A DNA stretch of 62,310 bases, filler included, from Squatina squatina (taxonomy: Eukaryota), in the NCBI GenBank assembly GCA_031763465.1. It is 4 parts of 4 records of this genome, joined end to end, with 100 filler letters (N's around TTAATTAATTAA, not from the genome) between each part and the next. Parts side by side here need not be neighbours in the genome. Positions count along the whole stretch, not along the records: positions 26,954 to 49,291 come from JARFOE010000115.1; 3 more parts are not named here. One strand, 5' to 3'. The notes under the pieces are model-generated. The model ran no database searches. It saw only the letters and a program-made list of their open reading frames with translations, and was not told the DNA's origin. Each line of letters opens with the position of its first letter. Within the stretch, counting starts at the first letter, position 1. Shown here in pieces: positions 27,161 through 39,981 of this stretch. A program made the position numbers and the translations under genes.

Positions 27161-27267
27161 CCTTCCAGTAACTGCTCATTAGCCGATTCCTCAGCAACCA
27201 AAATTTCATATTCTTCAGCTGCGTACTTGTCCCAGTCGGAAGGCTCCGGACCATCATTGTCAACATC
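27161..27267 (-). CDS. PPP2R3A: PP2A regulatory subunit B'' alpha-like, penultimate coding exon (107 nt)
   Basis: ttgtag|GATGTTGAC...GAAGG|gtaggt encodes DVDNDGPEPSDWDKYAAEEYEILVAEESANEQLLEG; human reads DVENDGPEPSDWDRFAAEEYETLVAEESAQAQFQEG. Confidence 0.93.
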
Positions 27268-27519
27268 CTACAAGAGGCAAAACACGATGGTCAGCAAAAG
27301 TACAGTGACTTCATTCTGCGATTAAAAAAAAAATACATTTAAAAAGGTTGACTCCTTATCCAAACCTACAGAGCCCAAAATTCACACAAGTCAAATAAAT
27401 TACTAAAATATTAAATCCACTCGAAATTTCAAATAACTTTATTTTGGAATGGTTCCGTTAGAAAAAACGTGCACACTTTAATCAGCAAGGTGAAGGCAGC
27501 ACTGGACACTAGGCACTCA

Positions 27520-27688
27520 GGGGTATAAATTCCTCCTGGGCTGTAGCGCAAATAGAACGGTATTGCATTGGTCGCCTTGCCCGATATTCAGTTCCATCGC
27601 AATCAATAAATATCGGACATGGCATATCATGGGCGACCACTGCGATATCGCCCGTTTTGTCCTGCTGCCCAGGACGAGTTTATACCCC
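27520..27688. mobile_element. Fold-back PIF/Harbinger MITE (169 bp)
   Basis: 22-bp TIRs ggggtataaattcctcctgggc / gcccaggacgagtttatacccc, with inner inverted repeats tggtcgcc/ggcgacca and ccgatatt/aatatcgg. Flanks tca/tta resemble a TWA target duplication. Confidence 0.85.
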
Positions 27689-28811
27689 TTAGAGTGAAAG
27701 TTGCGTTTGTTTATTTATTAGTGCAGTCCTTTCTGCTCCCTGTTGTTGACAACTGTTTGAAAACCCAATTGGCTCCATTAGAAAAACCTTCCCCAGCAGA
27801 AAGAGCATCTGATTCAGTTGCAATAAATAGTTACTCAAATTGCTGAACAGTTTTAGAAGAACAAAATCAGTCCATTGTATAAACAGAGTATGTGACAGGA
27901 GGTTCTGTATAATGTTGATTTATATTCCACTGTTATGGTTACACTGGTATCCTCCAATTTTACCCTTTCAATGTCCTTAGTTTCCTAGTTCATGCCAGGG
28001 TGCAGTTCTAAGGGTGGCAGGNNNNNNNNNNNNNNNNNNNNNNNNNNNNNNNNNNNNNNNNNNNNNNNNNNNNNNNNNNNNNNNNNNNNNNNNNNNNNNN
28101 NNNNNNNNNNNNNNNNNNNNNTCCACCCACCCCACCCCTCCGTGTGCCTCCCATAATCTACTTTCCTGACTTCCGGAGACAGTTCCAGTGGGTCCTGGAT
28201 GCCATGCTCACCCGACACCCGCCTGCCGGCCTCATGACATTGAGACTAGGTTCGGGTGGGAAATCAGGCCAGGTCTACTTAAATGAGACATGGGAGTTAA
28301 AATGACCGGGTCTCGTGTCAGCAAGTTGGGGAGACACTGACGCTCACCCCAGTTTAAATCGGCGCCAATATCTCTGTAAATCACATTAAAGAGAGTGAAA
28401 CCACCCTTAAGTAATAAACTAAAATGCAAGCTGTCCAATAGTCCAATTATTATCTAAATGATGCTAGATGGGGACAAGATCAGGCTCGGCTTTGATACCA
28501 CTCCTGGTTTAAACCATGCTGACATGCACTGTCGGAACTCAGACACAGAATGGTCTCGAATAAGGTTCTGATGGGCTGGTGTTGTGTGTGTGACTGTACA
28601 CTGAGCACAACTTACTGCCTCCAGGTCAGGAGCAGAGAAAAAGTGAGTCAAACAATTGGAAATAAATTAGAGAATGCAACAATTAAGCAAATTAGTTGAA
28701 ATCTTTGTGTGTGTGATTTAAAAGGAACATGAATACATCACATTATTACAGGGAAATTAAAATGTACAAACTTAAGACAACTTGATTTGTAGAATTTGTA
28801 GAATTACTCAC

Positions 28812-28968
28812 CATGATCATTGTGTCTGGCCAAGTCCTTCTGGTCAACAAAGAGGTCGTGGTCTGTGTCTAGTTCCCAGAACTTACAGTAAATAACATAG
28901 AAATGCTCGTACGAGAAGTAGTCTGTAATTTGGTTTATATCATCCTCTTCCTCCAGGAGGGCAAGAGT
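28812..28968 (-). CDS. PPP2R3A: PP2A B'' alpha-like exon containing EF-hand 1 (157 nt)
   Basis: ccttag|ACTCTTGCC...GATCATG|gtgagt encodes [52 protein letters not shown]. Confidence 0.95.
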
Positions 28969-30161
28969 CTAAGGAAATCAAGGAGTGATGATTGACAAAC
29001 GTTAGAAAATAACAAGAACATCATTTGGGTCAAATTGATTCTTCTCTTACTATTACATTGGGCTTTATTGATTCTACACAGCTAGCAAACTTTTAGTTTT
29101 GAACAGTAAAAAAATGGAACTGATGACAACTGGCAAGACAGATCTGTTCACTTTTGCTGGACATTTGATAATTTTATTGCTGTTGTAATTTTTAGGTCTC
29201 TAACTTTTGCTGATTGGTTACTTTTCCACCTCTCTTCCGCCAGGTTGTAGTTTTTAAAATTATTGACAGATAAGTTATGGAATATACCNNNNNNNNNNNN
29301 NNNNNNNNNNNNNNNNNNNNNNNNNNNNNNNNNNNNNNNNNNNNNNNNNNNNNNNNNNNNNNNNNNNNNNNNNNNNNNNNNNNNNNNNNNNNNNNNNNNN
29401 NNNNNNNNNNNNNNNNNNNNNNNNNNNNNNNNNNNNNNNNNNNNNNNNNNNNNNNNNNNNNNNNNNNNNNNNNNNNNNNNNNNNNNNNNNNNNNNNNNNN
29501 NNNNNNNNNNNNNNNNNNNNNNNNNNNNNNNNNNNNNNNNNNNNNNNNNNNNNNNNNNNNNNNNNNNNNNNNNNNNNNNNNNNNNNNNNNNNNNNNNNNN
29601 NNNNNNNNNNNNNNNNNNNNNNNNNNNNNNNNNNNNNNNNNNNNNNNNNNNNNNNNNNNNNNNNNNNNNNNNNNNNNNNNNNNNNNNNNNNNNNNNNNNN
29701 NNNNNNNNNNNNNNNNNNNNNNNNNNNNNNNNNNNNNNNNNNNNNNNNNNNNNNNNNNNNNNNNNNNNNNNNNNNNNNNNNNNNNNNNNNNNNNNNNNNN
29801 NNNNNNNNNNNNNNNNNNNNNNNNNNNNNNNNNNNNNNNNNNNNNNNNNNNNNNNNNNNNNNNNNNNNNNNNNNNNNNNNNNNNNNNNNNNNNNNNNNNN
29901 NNNNNNNNNNNNNNNNNNNNNNNNNNNNNNNNNNNNNNNNNNNNNNNNNNNNNNNNNNNNNNNNNNNNNNNNNNNNNNNNNNNNNNNNNNNNNNNNNNNN
30001 NNNNNNNNNNNNNNNNNNNNNNNNNNNNNNNNNNNNNNNNNNNNNNNNNNNNNNNNNNNNNNNNNNNNNNNNNNNNNNNNNNNNNNNNNNNNNNNNNNNN
30101 NNNNNNNNNNNNNNNNNNNNNNNNNNNNNNNNNNNNNNNNNNNNNNNNNNNNNNNNNNNNN

Positions 30162-31040
30162 TCCCAGGAAAGTCGCCGGGAGGTCACGGTGGCGCAAGGC
30201 CCTTTGTGCCATGCCCCATGATTACTGCCCGGTGACCCCTTTGCATCCCACAGGTGCAATTGCCCCACAGGGCGCAAAGCTGTCGATGTCACCGGCCCTT
30301 AAAGGAGAAGGCCTTTGTGCCACGGCCGCCATCTTTTTCTGTTGACCAACTCTTGGGTTGGCTGACTGATGGCGGCCCTTGCCTCAAATAGCGGGCCTGG
30401 CTGGTGGCCCGGTCAGAAGCATCTCTGATGGCCCAGTGGCAGCCGTCGGGGCGCTGGTGTTTTAGCGCCACGGCTCTCACCTTTAAGTAAAGGGGCGGGG
30501 CCTTGTCAGACGTCAGCACACCGCGGAGATTCCGCAGAGCCCTCGCGTCAGGAGTGCGGCGCTGACGTCTTCAGGGCCGCACTTCAGTCAATGCCCCTTC
30601 AGCACCCCAATTCCTCCCTGGATGTGAGGCGGACAGAGCGACGCAACTTCCCAGCCGGACGATAAGAGTCCCTTCAAATTTTTAATTTAAATTTTTTCTT
30701 ACTTTTCCTTTCTGTTTCTTTTTTCCCCTCTCTTAATCCAATCTTTCTTTCCCACACTTTATTTCTCTTACAGCATCTAATTTGACTCTAATTTCCTCTA
30801 TTTCCTTCTCCATTGTTTGCTCTGTTTCTTTCTGTATCCTTAAATTTAGTTGGTTAAGGAGATAGTCCATTGGACTTGACATTCAGGAGGTCCCAGCTGA
30901 CTTGTTGACATCGCTGCAACAGTATCAATTCGCATTTCCAGCACTAAGCGGCGCAAAAATAATACGGCCTGAAATGTGTGGAATAAAATCCAGTCCATGG
31001 CACTTGCCATGAGATGCGCCCCTCCGCCAATTTCTGGCCC
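30162..31040. mobile_element. Non-autonomous DNA transposon fragments (GC-rich internal part plus pyrimidine-rich right arm)
   Basis: CpG-rich from 30162 to 30660, then a CT-rich arm ending in aatttctggccc. Confidence 0.5.
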
Positions 31041-31457
31041 ACTGTTCCTATGGAGCTTCCGCTGATATCCTCATATCAGAGCTATGGTGAGAGACTAAGA
31101 GAACCACCATGGAATTTCAGGACCTAAATGCTCGGAGGGAGCGCTTATTCTCTATAAACATTCAAATTAACCCTGTGTGAGTCCCCTTCAGCGTTTTTCA
31201 ATCAAGTTTGACACTGCACTTCAGATACACTCTATTATGGTGTCAAAGTCAAGTGGTGTAAGACAGCATTGGGAACATAATTACTCACTGAACCTAAGTA
31301 ACAGTTCACTGTTAATAGGTGAAACACAACACTGATGACAGAAATTAAGCTTGATCATCTCTTCACATCTTTCTAGTTTCTTTTATTTTCATTGTGAAAA
31401 GTTGTGCTGCTAATAGATTTAGTAAAACCATGGCATTTACTGATTTTAGAAGACAAT

Positions 31458-31646
31458 GGGCCCTGAAATTCTGTGGAGTTCTCCTGATCTCCTGTCATTA
31501 GTCCAGTGAGAGGCTGGTGGAACCTCTCAAAAACGGTGAAAACTTGGCATATTTTGGTTATTTTGGTGTTTGCTGTTATTTTGGGAGTTCAGTCAGTCAC
31601 CCACTGGAATTGTGATGGGAGACTCGGAGAACCATTGTGGAATTTA
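31458..31646. mobile_element. PIF/Harbinger-type MITE, same family as 12371-12536
   Basis: gggccctgaaattctgtggagttctcc ... ggagaaccattgtggaattt. Confidence 0.55.
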
Positions 31647-33099
31647 AGAGGTAATACGCATACAAGTGTAAATTTAGGAGTCAACACGCTCAGCAAATGT
31701 CAGGGATCAAAAAAGGCCCTTCTTGATTTGTGTGTCTTAGCACAACACTACTCTACTGAGGATAGACCCATTGTACGTCCATAATATTAGAGAAACCACC
31801 CATTGTGGTTGACTATATCTTCTTTCTTAGAATGGCAATTGAAAAGATGAAGTTTACATTGTATTTAATTTATGTAAATGCTAACATTATGGGGTCACCT
31901 TTATAATTTATATTAATGTAATGCTCTTCAAGTCCTACAGTAGTTTCATTCACCTGGAACTCCCACCTAGCAGCTCAATTGCCATTGTAGAATGCACTAC
32001 TGCAGAGACAAATTGAAGCAAAGACCATGCTCCAATATTAACAGGGAGTCAGGAAGGGTGTGGGGGAGCCCGGTAGAGGGCGAAGTATCTGACAAGGCCG
32101 GGAATGTGGAGGCCCTGCTAATCTTAATGACAGGGCCTAATCTAAATAAATAGACTCAGACTCCTGCCGTGCTTCCGGCCAAAGTGACTGCCTAGCCGGT
32201 AGGCAGGAATAGAAGTTTATGTGAGGCCACAGCTGGGGACCCATGGAAAAGGTCCCAGTCAGTCAGTGGAGGGATGCCACACAGCATAATCAGGAGAGGG
32301 GGCAGAAAAGGAAGAATCCGGGCAGAGATCAGGAGGGTTGGAGGAAGGCTCATAACGCTGTTTCTTTTTGCCTCTTTTTTAGGCTGGCTCAGTGAGACAT
32401 TAGGGCAGCGATCGGGAGGCAGAAGATTGGGTCTGGCAATTTCATGGATGATAGGAGATCAGAGGAGGCTGGGGCTGGTGTGGCCCAAGGACTCCTTGCA
32501 GGACCTGGGGAGAGCACCCATGCTCCTCCTGGCCCACAAGGAGTTCTAAAATGAGCAGATCTATAAAACTTACCTTAGGCAGCTGTGCTGTGGCTCTGCT
32601 GCCAGGCAGCTGACAGTGTGGGACTCCCCTTGTCGTTCAGTTAAGTTTACTTTGCGATGCAGACAATGTCATTGGATTGCGATTTTTGAATGTTAACTGG
32701 GCCTTTTGTGTGAGCCTCATTGATGGCCTGACTGGGGGCAGTAAAAATGTAAATGGCTGGGAATGGGGTTGTATTGGAGTCGGGTTGCTCGATCCTTGTA
32801 TCCATATATTTTAACTTTTCCCCGACCCTCGCCTGCCTGTCATGGGGAGGGGGTTCAAATTGAGGTTTATGTCACCATTTAAGAATAGGTGGTTGAGTAA
32901 AAGGGGATATCGAGATGTGAGAGCAGAGTGAGCACATGAGATTAGGACTACTGCTTGTGTGTGCAGAAAAAACACCAATGCAAACATAGCAAGGAAAACA
33001 AGGAGCAGTTAGAAATATGGAAACTGTAACAGAGCTACTGAGAGATGGGGCTGAGAGAATCTCTCAGAAAGCAAACAAAAAGGAAAAAACTGCAAAATC

Positions 33100-33200
33100 T
33101 CAAATAAAACCAGAAATTGTTGGAAATATCTGGCAGATCAAGCAGCATCTATAATGAGAAAAAACAAGTATATTCTTCATCAGAAGTGAAAAGTATAAGA
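33100..33200 (-). mobile_element. Decayed Penelope-like element terminal fragment
   Basis: aaaaccagaaattgttggaaatatctggcagatcaagcagcatct is homologous to 45848-45960. Only CTGATGAA of the hammerhead core remains on the minus strand. Confidence 0.5.
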
Positions 33201-33307
33201 TGAGCATTTTAGTAAGGTTGGAAAAAAGAGAGAACACAGGGAGAAACAACAGAAACACCAATTGCACAGAGGGAGTTGAAGGGCTGAATGAAAAAGAAAA
33301 GGGAAAA

Positions 33308-33415
33308 GAAAGACTTGCATTTATATCGCGCCTTTCACAACCTCACGGCATCCCAAAGCGCTCAACAGTTTAAGTACTTTTTTGAAGTGCAGTTACTGTT
33401 GTAATGTAGGAAACT
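33308..33415 (-). mobile_element. SacSINE1-like DeuSINE 3' tail fragment
   Basis: Reverse complement of the tail at 58135-58250 (gacttgcatttatat..gcctttcacaacctca..cccaaagcgc). Confidence 0.7.
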
Positions 33416-35497
33416 GCAAAACTGAAAATATGCAAGGTGATCTTAGCAAGGTAATGGGGAGGCATGAAAAAAACAAAAGAATGTGCATATAGTTTAGAGG
33501 GTGAAAAGGCATATGAGGTGCACACAAGTAAAAAGGCAAGAAATTAGGAAAGATATAGACACCAAGTAGATGAGGCCAGAAAGCAATATAGAGAATTCAA
33601 TAGGAAAGAAAATAAGTAGGAAAGGAATATGGAGTGAAGAACTCACAAACAGCAGAACATATTCACAGACAAACAAAGGGTGATATAGTCACTGACCTCA
33701 ACCTATAAAAGGTGGAGAGCAACAATCTGAAAACTAAATGGTTATTGGTACATCTGCAATCTAGTTTGCATATTATTTTGTTTTGTAAAAGTACATTGGA
33801 ATGCAGTACTTTACATTGGAAATCATTGTACCATTTCTTGTTCATAATATCATCACACATCTTATTTATCAANNNNNNNNNNNNNNNNNNNNNNNNNNNN
33901 NNNNNNNNNNNNNNNNNNNNNNNNNNNNNNNNNNNNNNNNNNNNNNNNNNNNNNNNNNNNNNNNNNNNNNNNATAAATCATCAAATACCAACATAAGTGC
34001 TGAGCAAGACTGTACCAAACATTTCCCCGATTTGGAATGTGAGAGACAAATGTCACGGAAAATAATGAGAACAATATTAGAGGAAAATAACTTGGGACCT
34101 AGCGGGTTTCTATGCAACAATAACTAACACTGCACTTCACTCAACTCTTGTATTTATTTATGACTGTATGTATCCATTATGAGGATGTCTTTTCTATTTT
34201 CTCTCCTCTTGCTGGCCCCTTCTGGGCCACATACCTCCCATGCCCAAGAGTGTAATGTGGGCAGTCTGCTCTTACCAGTACTACCCCTGATTAGCCTGGT
34301 GAAGATTGTTCTACTGTGAAGAATGGGAACTCAGTAGAGATGGGGAATGAATTTGTACCACCTGTTGCGTTGTATTTTTAACCTACAATGAAAGACTGAA
34401 TTTAGACTCATGGTGATACATTCTTTGCAAGCCAAAAGAAAGTAGATTATGAGTACTTAAAGTAAAATGACTGCATTTGGGGAGCAGACAAACACACTGG
34501 AGGACTGAATCGTCTCAAACCATGAAGTATCTCTCTTTTTAGGCATGAAAGGGCCAAATTCCCATGACTTTGGTGGTATTTCAGTGGTGTTATCTGGGCA
34601 GTTAGAGGTTGGACCTGGTTATGCCAAGCCCCTGCCCTTTTCTTGATCTTGCAAAATTCCCTGCAGATGTCACGGAAAGAGGTTTCTTCAAATACCCTTT
34701 AAAATGTGACGGCATCACAATAACACCATTTTTACCAAATTTACAAACAAGGGTCACAATGTGATGCAAATATACTTTAGACATCATGTCAAAGTTAACT
34801 CAGCAGAATTGAATAACCAGAGCAGTGCCATGTAATGCATTATGACCACACAGCAGCAAAGGTCTATGAGCAGACTGCTCGAGAAACTGTTCCTGCCCAA
34901 AAGGTCTCCAATGATTCATTAATACTCCTTTCAAAACTTTCTGAATATTGGCATTGAAGACTTTTTTCAGACTGTTTCAAAAGAACACGCTTACACAGTA
35001 TTTTGAAATGATGGCACAATTAAAAATAATCATCAGGACATACTTCAGCATGCAGGAAATACCCCACAGCTGTTTGTTCTAGTAGGTGATTCTAAAACAA
35101 CAGTTCTCACATTTTTCTGTATGGGGGAACTCCCTGCAAATATTGACACTCTTGGGAACCTAAATTCGGACGGTCAAGTGTCCAATACCCAAAGATATCC
35201 AAGTGTTATCATTGCAGAAAACCATTTTTATTAGTATACTGCAACAGAATTAAGTAAAAAAAATACAGAAAACCGTTACCAGAGAAACAGGTGTCGATGA
35301 CCTTAGGGACTTCAGATTCCCTCAGGGATTCGCCTTAGGTTCAGGGGCCCCAGATTGAAACCCATGATTTTAAAGTGCAGCGTATCCAACCTGATCTTAC
35401 CGTGGTAATGTATCGTGAATGGAATTCTGGAGCATCCTTCAAAAACGTTAGACCTGGATGTGTATCCACGATATCCTGGGGAAGACATTTAAAAAAA

Positions 35498-36060
35498 ATC
35501 ATAGAATCATTACAGTACAGTACAAGGCCATTTGGCCCATCGAGTCTGTGCTGGTTCTCTGCAAGAGCACTTCAGCGAGTCCCACTCCACCCGTCCTTTC
35601 CCCATAGCACTTCAGGTACATATCCAATTTCCTCTTGAAATCCACGAGTGAATCTGATTGCACCACCTTTTCAGGAAGTGCATTCCAGATTATAACCCCC
35701 CATGTCGCCNNNNNNNNNNAGTTTCACTCTATCTACTCTGTCTAGATCCCATATGATTTTGAACACCTCTATCAAATCTCCTCTCAATCTTCTCTGCTAC
35801 AAGGAGAACAACCCCAGCTTCTCCAATCTATCAACTTAACTGAAGTCTCTCATTCCTGGAATCATTCTTGTAAACCTTTTCTGCACCCTCTCTAAAGCCT
35901 TCACACCCTTCCTAAAATGAGGTGACCAAATTTGGACATAATACTCCAGTTGTGGCCGAACCAATGTTTTATAAAGGTTCATCATAACTTCTTTGCTTTT
36001 GTACTCTGTGCCTCTATTTATAAAGCCCAGGATCCCGTTTGGTTTTTTAACTGCTTTCTC
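35498..36060 (-). mobile_element. CR1 LINE 3' portion
   Basis: Minus translation: KKPNGILGFINRGTEYKSKEVMMNLYKTLVRPQLEYYVQIWSPHFRKGVKALERVQKRFTRMIPGM. Confidence 0.9.
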
Positions 36061-36160
36061 NNNNNNNNNNNNNNNNNNNNNNNNNNNNNNNNNNNNNNNN
36101 NNNNNNNNNNNNNNNNNNNNNNNNNNNNNNNNNNNNNNNNNNNNNNNNNNNNNNNNNNNN

Positions 36161-36925
36161 AACCCCCATGATGTCCAACATGCCTCTCTGAATGCAGCTA
36201 AGGACATGACATTTTGCAGCTTTTCTCATGTGGGGGCCCTGCTCCCTCTGGTTATGGGCCATTGTATCCTGCAAGTGGAGAAATCATTTTGAGATGTTTT
36301 AAGTTTCAAGAACATCGATACCCAAGTGCTCATCCTGCAGTTGATTGTGTGCATCAGTAAATGAGCATGTTTGATGCAGATGAGCTTCGTTAGAGGGCGT
36401 GAAACTATATTTAGATCTGTGTGACAAGTTATAAATTACAGCTTGAATGGATGCCATGCTTCTAGTAGGGCTATGCATAGTAAACAATGAAAGGGATGTA
36501 CGGTTGGCTGGATGTTTTGCATGGGGCAGCAGTAAAAGATTAACAGGCTGCAAGGGAAAGCTTCATACCATGCATATTTGGGGCATCTACTTGGTATAGA
36601 AAGGCATTGGGTAGCCTGATCTTGGCAGCTTTCCTATGGTCTCCCACCTTCTTTCTCATTTGGACTCACAGGGGAGATTTTCTGCTTCAGATAGAAAATC
36701 AGACTGGGGGTGTGCAATTATCCAACGTGTGCTCTTGGTGGATGCAGAAATGTAAAACCTTCCCTCATGTCCTCTGCACACTGGACACAGCCTTTAACAC
36801 ATGGTAAGCTTCTGCCAGGAAGGACACCCTGGAGTGCCAAAAAGGGCAGCCTTCCTTTGGCCATATTCATGCAGCAGCACCTCAGCTGCTGCATCTCTAA
36901 ACTTTGGAGTTCATCCTCTTAAATG
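36161..36925 (-). pseudogene. Second decayed Harbinger Myb/SANT-like gene
   Basis: TPKFRDAAAEVLLHEYGQRKAALFG resembles the Myb-like N-terminus. After the acceptor ccacttgcag comes DTMAHNQREQ...HVLSCIQRGMLDIMG, homologous to 13069-13190. Confidence 0.55.
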
Positions 36926-38939
36926 CTGGCTTTGGCAACCACATGGTTTTCAGTTCACAATGCTTTCCGCTGAACCAACAACGCAGTCATTAAAATTTCT
37001 GCTGCAGCAAAACTCTTTCAGCTATCTAAGTGCTCCTACAGGGCGCGCAGATGAGAGTTCAGCACGAACACGCAATTGGTTGAAAGCTCAGAAGTTGTGA
37101 TGGATTGGCCGCATGCTCAAAATCTACTCGGTTCGCGTTAAGGAACATGGACAAACAGCAAGATTTACCCAACAGAGACGACTGTCTTTTATAGTCCCTT
37201 AAGTCTGGCCTGTGGCTAAATTTGCTCAGTTGAGTTATCAGGGCACCAGGTGGCATGATCATGTGTAGCGAGGCTTAACCCCATGCTGAATAATCTCAAA
37301 CATTAGGAATGAGACTCATGATCAAGAATAAATGCATTTAAAACATTTGAGCAATGCTCATTTTTAAGAATATGTTCAAGTAGGTGACTCTTGGAAATCA
37401 AAATGACTGAATTTCATTTCAAATGAGGAAGAGTTGATAGATTTTCATGTGGTTTTTATTGTTGAAGTACTTGCATAACATCATTAAATGTGTGGGGATG
37501 TTGTTTGAATTGCTGGTTTAAATTCAATTCAAGCGTTCTTTTCTGATGAGTCATGGAAGTACTTACTCTACCTTCCTCCTGACAGCATACTCTCATACTG
37601 AACTAACAAATATCAGGTTAGAGTGTGGGGTGTCACACTCTTAAAAAGGAGGACAGCATCTTCAAGGATAGTTACTTACATTATTTATGACAAATATTTT
37701 GTAGTGTTTTGTGTTTTTTTTAATCTGCTGCTTCCTTCAGGTCTCCGTGCTACATGTACCATAGTGAGCACTGGCAACCATCCAACACCTTGTGCCGGTG
37801 GCCATACTTAGATTTATCAGCCAAGGAAATGCGTGGGGGCAGGCCATTCAACCACAGGGAGCGCCACCTCAAAACCTGACGTTGTCCTTGTTCTGCCCAT
37901 GCAGCTCTGATATCAGCAGCGCGGAGGGGTCAGGTTAATTTTTGCATTCTCGATCTGGTTGACAACACCTTGCGGAGAATCTCAGGTGTGAGCTCACCTC
38001 AGCTGTGTGTGGGAGATGGCACACCAGCATGGTGCTTCCTCACAAACAGCTATCTTTCTATTTTTTAAAAAAAGTAGAAAAGGATGAGAGGTTTAATTAA
38101 ATCAATTTTTTGCTCCAAATAAAGAGACTTGTCTTCAACTGGATAAGATTTCTATGGGAAATCATGGCAAAGTAAAATTAAAGATGCATCATTGGCTGCT
38201 GTGGGGAAGAATAGTCTGTGTGCTAGGAGTCAACAGGGATATCCCTAGCAACAAACCCTGGGGAGTGATTTTAGAATTCACTTGCTCTGCGGGCCAGTGA
38301 CATTTCACAAATGCTCATGATTGTACTTATTTATGCTCAATTGTAAATCAGTTGACTGTTAACCATTTTGTCAGATGAGGAAAAGATTTTGAAGTCATAT
38401 TGATGACTTTAAATTACATTAATCGTCTTATAAAAGTATCTACTAATCACTGCCATGAGTCAACTACAGCCAAAGGCTAAAATGTATAATGTTACCACTT
38501 TCTTTGGCTGATGTGTATTTCAGCTGAAACCCTGCTAAAGTTGGCCAATTAATCACCGTGGGCGGTACTTTTGCCGTGTTTAGCTCCTGGCATTCCTAAC
38601 GAGGCCATCCCACTTCAGAGATCATATTTAATTTGCGTCCCAAACCAAACATGATTCCTCAAAAGGTTATAGACAGAGTTGTTTGAATCAGTTCATGGAG
38701 TGAGATGAGAGCTATTAAATGGCTTTCCCGATGTACGTCAAGTTNNNNNNNNNNNNNNNNNNNNNNNNNNNNNNNNNNNNNNNNNNNNNNNNNNNNNNNN
38801 NNNNNNNNNNNNNNNNNNNNNNNNNNNNNNNNNNNNNNNNNNNNGGAACAGATACAAAGGTCAAGTATATTTTTACAAAAATAGCTTTGCTTGTCACATC
38901 CCTCAGCATTACTTGCAATTAAAAAATGCTTTTACCTAC

Positions 38940-39191
38940 CTTCGCGATTTTCCCCATTTCATAAATATCACCCTTTTCATCTTCAAACTCGGCAAAGGCT
39001 GCTTCAACCTTGGCAATGGTCTCGTCGTGGTTGTTGTTTACACTTGGAAGTCCTTTAGGGAAGTAGAAGCGTGGAATGTTTATGGATACAGGAGTGCTGA
39101 CAACAACTTTGTTTGAAGGGGGAGGACTGGCAGCAGCGTTTGTCACAGTGGGGGGTGGAGTTCCAGGTTTCTTTTCTTTATTGCTTTGGAC
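38940..39191 (-). CDS. PPP2R3A: PP2A B'' alpha-like first shared (PR130/PR72) exon (252 nt)
   Basis: ttttacag|GTCCAA...GCGAAG|gtaggt encodes VQSNKEKKPGTPPP...SINIPRFYFPKGLP...DIYEMGKIAK. Confidence 0.95.
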
Positions 39192-39312
39192 CTGTAAAAG
39201 AAAATGGAACATGTGGCATAAATTCTGCGCTAGCTACTTTCAAATGATGTGACATTGTTTTACAATGCACATCAGTTGATTTGTATGCTTGCTTAATGGC
39301 CTATTGGAAAAA

Positions 39313-39329
39313 TGCACCATCTAGTGGGG
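39313..39329 (-). promoter_or_regulatory. Candidate CTCF site
   Basis: The minus strand reads ccccactagatggtgca, a close match to the CTCF core motif. Motif evidence only. Confidence 0.35.
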
Positions 39330-39569
39330 TACCAAGTCACATAGTCAAGGAGGCCACCCGCAACTGATGGGTACCGTAGGATGTAACGCTGTTTAATCGA
39401 CAGAGATAACAATATTGTGATTTAGGTTTTACGTCAAGCTTTTTAAACATTTTTTGACTGGACTTCATGTTCACCTTATTTTATGGGTGGTGCCTCCTCG
39501 GACGAGAGGGCACTTGCAGAGCTGTCTTTTTGGTAACCCAGTGTCGCCTTTATTGGTTCAACCAAAGAT

Positions 39570-39834
39570 AGGTATAGTCCAAGAGGTCCCAGATTCAATT
39601 CCTGGTCTGTGCTTACTGAACTGAACTTATTATGGATAGCAATTGAGCTTCTTTAATGAGTCTCAGCATGCTTGGTTAAAGAGGGGAAAAGTGAGCCTGG
39701 GCTCCTACTCCTAATCATTAACCAGTTACACCTGCTGGAAAGTGGACATCAGGCAATGACAATGTCAAGCTCGGGTGTGATAGTCAAAACAGCGTCCTGG
39801 CGCTCACTAAACTGACACAATGAATGGGCACTTG
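39570..39834 (+). mobile_element. Old tRNA-derived SINE-like repeat
   Basis: ggtcccagattcaattcctggtctgtgct carries a B-box-like motif, followed by a body resembling a common shark SINE. Confidence 0.4.
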
Positions 39835-39981
39835 NNNNNNNNNNNNNNNNNNNNNNNNNNNNNNNNNNNNNNNNNNNNNNNNNNNNNNNNNNNNNNNNNN
39901 NNNNNNNNNNNNNNNNNNNNNNNNNNNNNNNNNNAAACAGCACTCGAACCGAGATTCAAGGCACTGAGAATCGTTTCAAAC

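Noticed and set aside
29148-30345. Long 314-366 aa ORFs
   Set aside because: They consist almost entirely of N gap.
30162-30660. CpG-island promoter
   Set aside because: Lies deep within an intron next to a gap and resembles the GC-rich transposon interiors at 49392-49760 and 61964-62310.
33170-33190. Second hammerhead ribozyme
   Set aside because: Only CUGAUGAA remains; stem II and GAAA are deleted.
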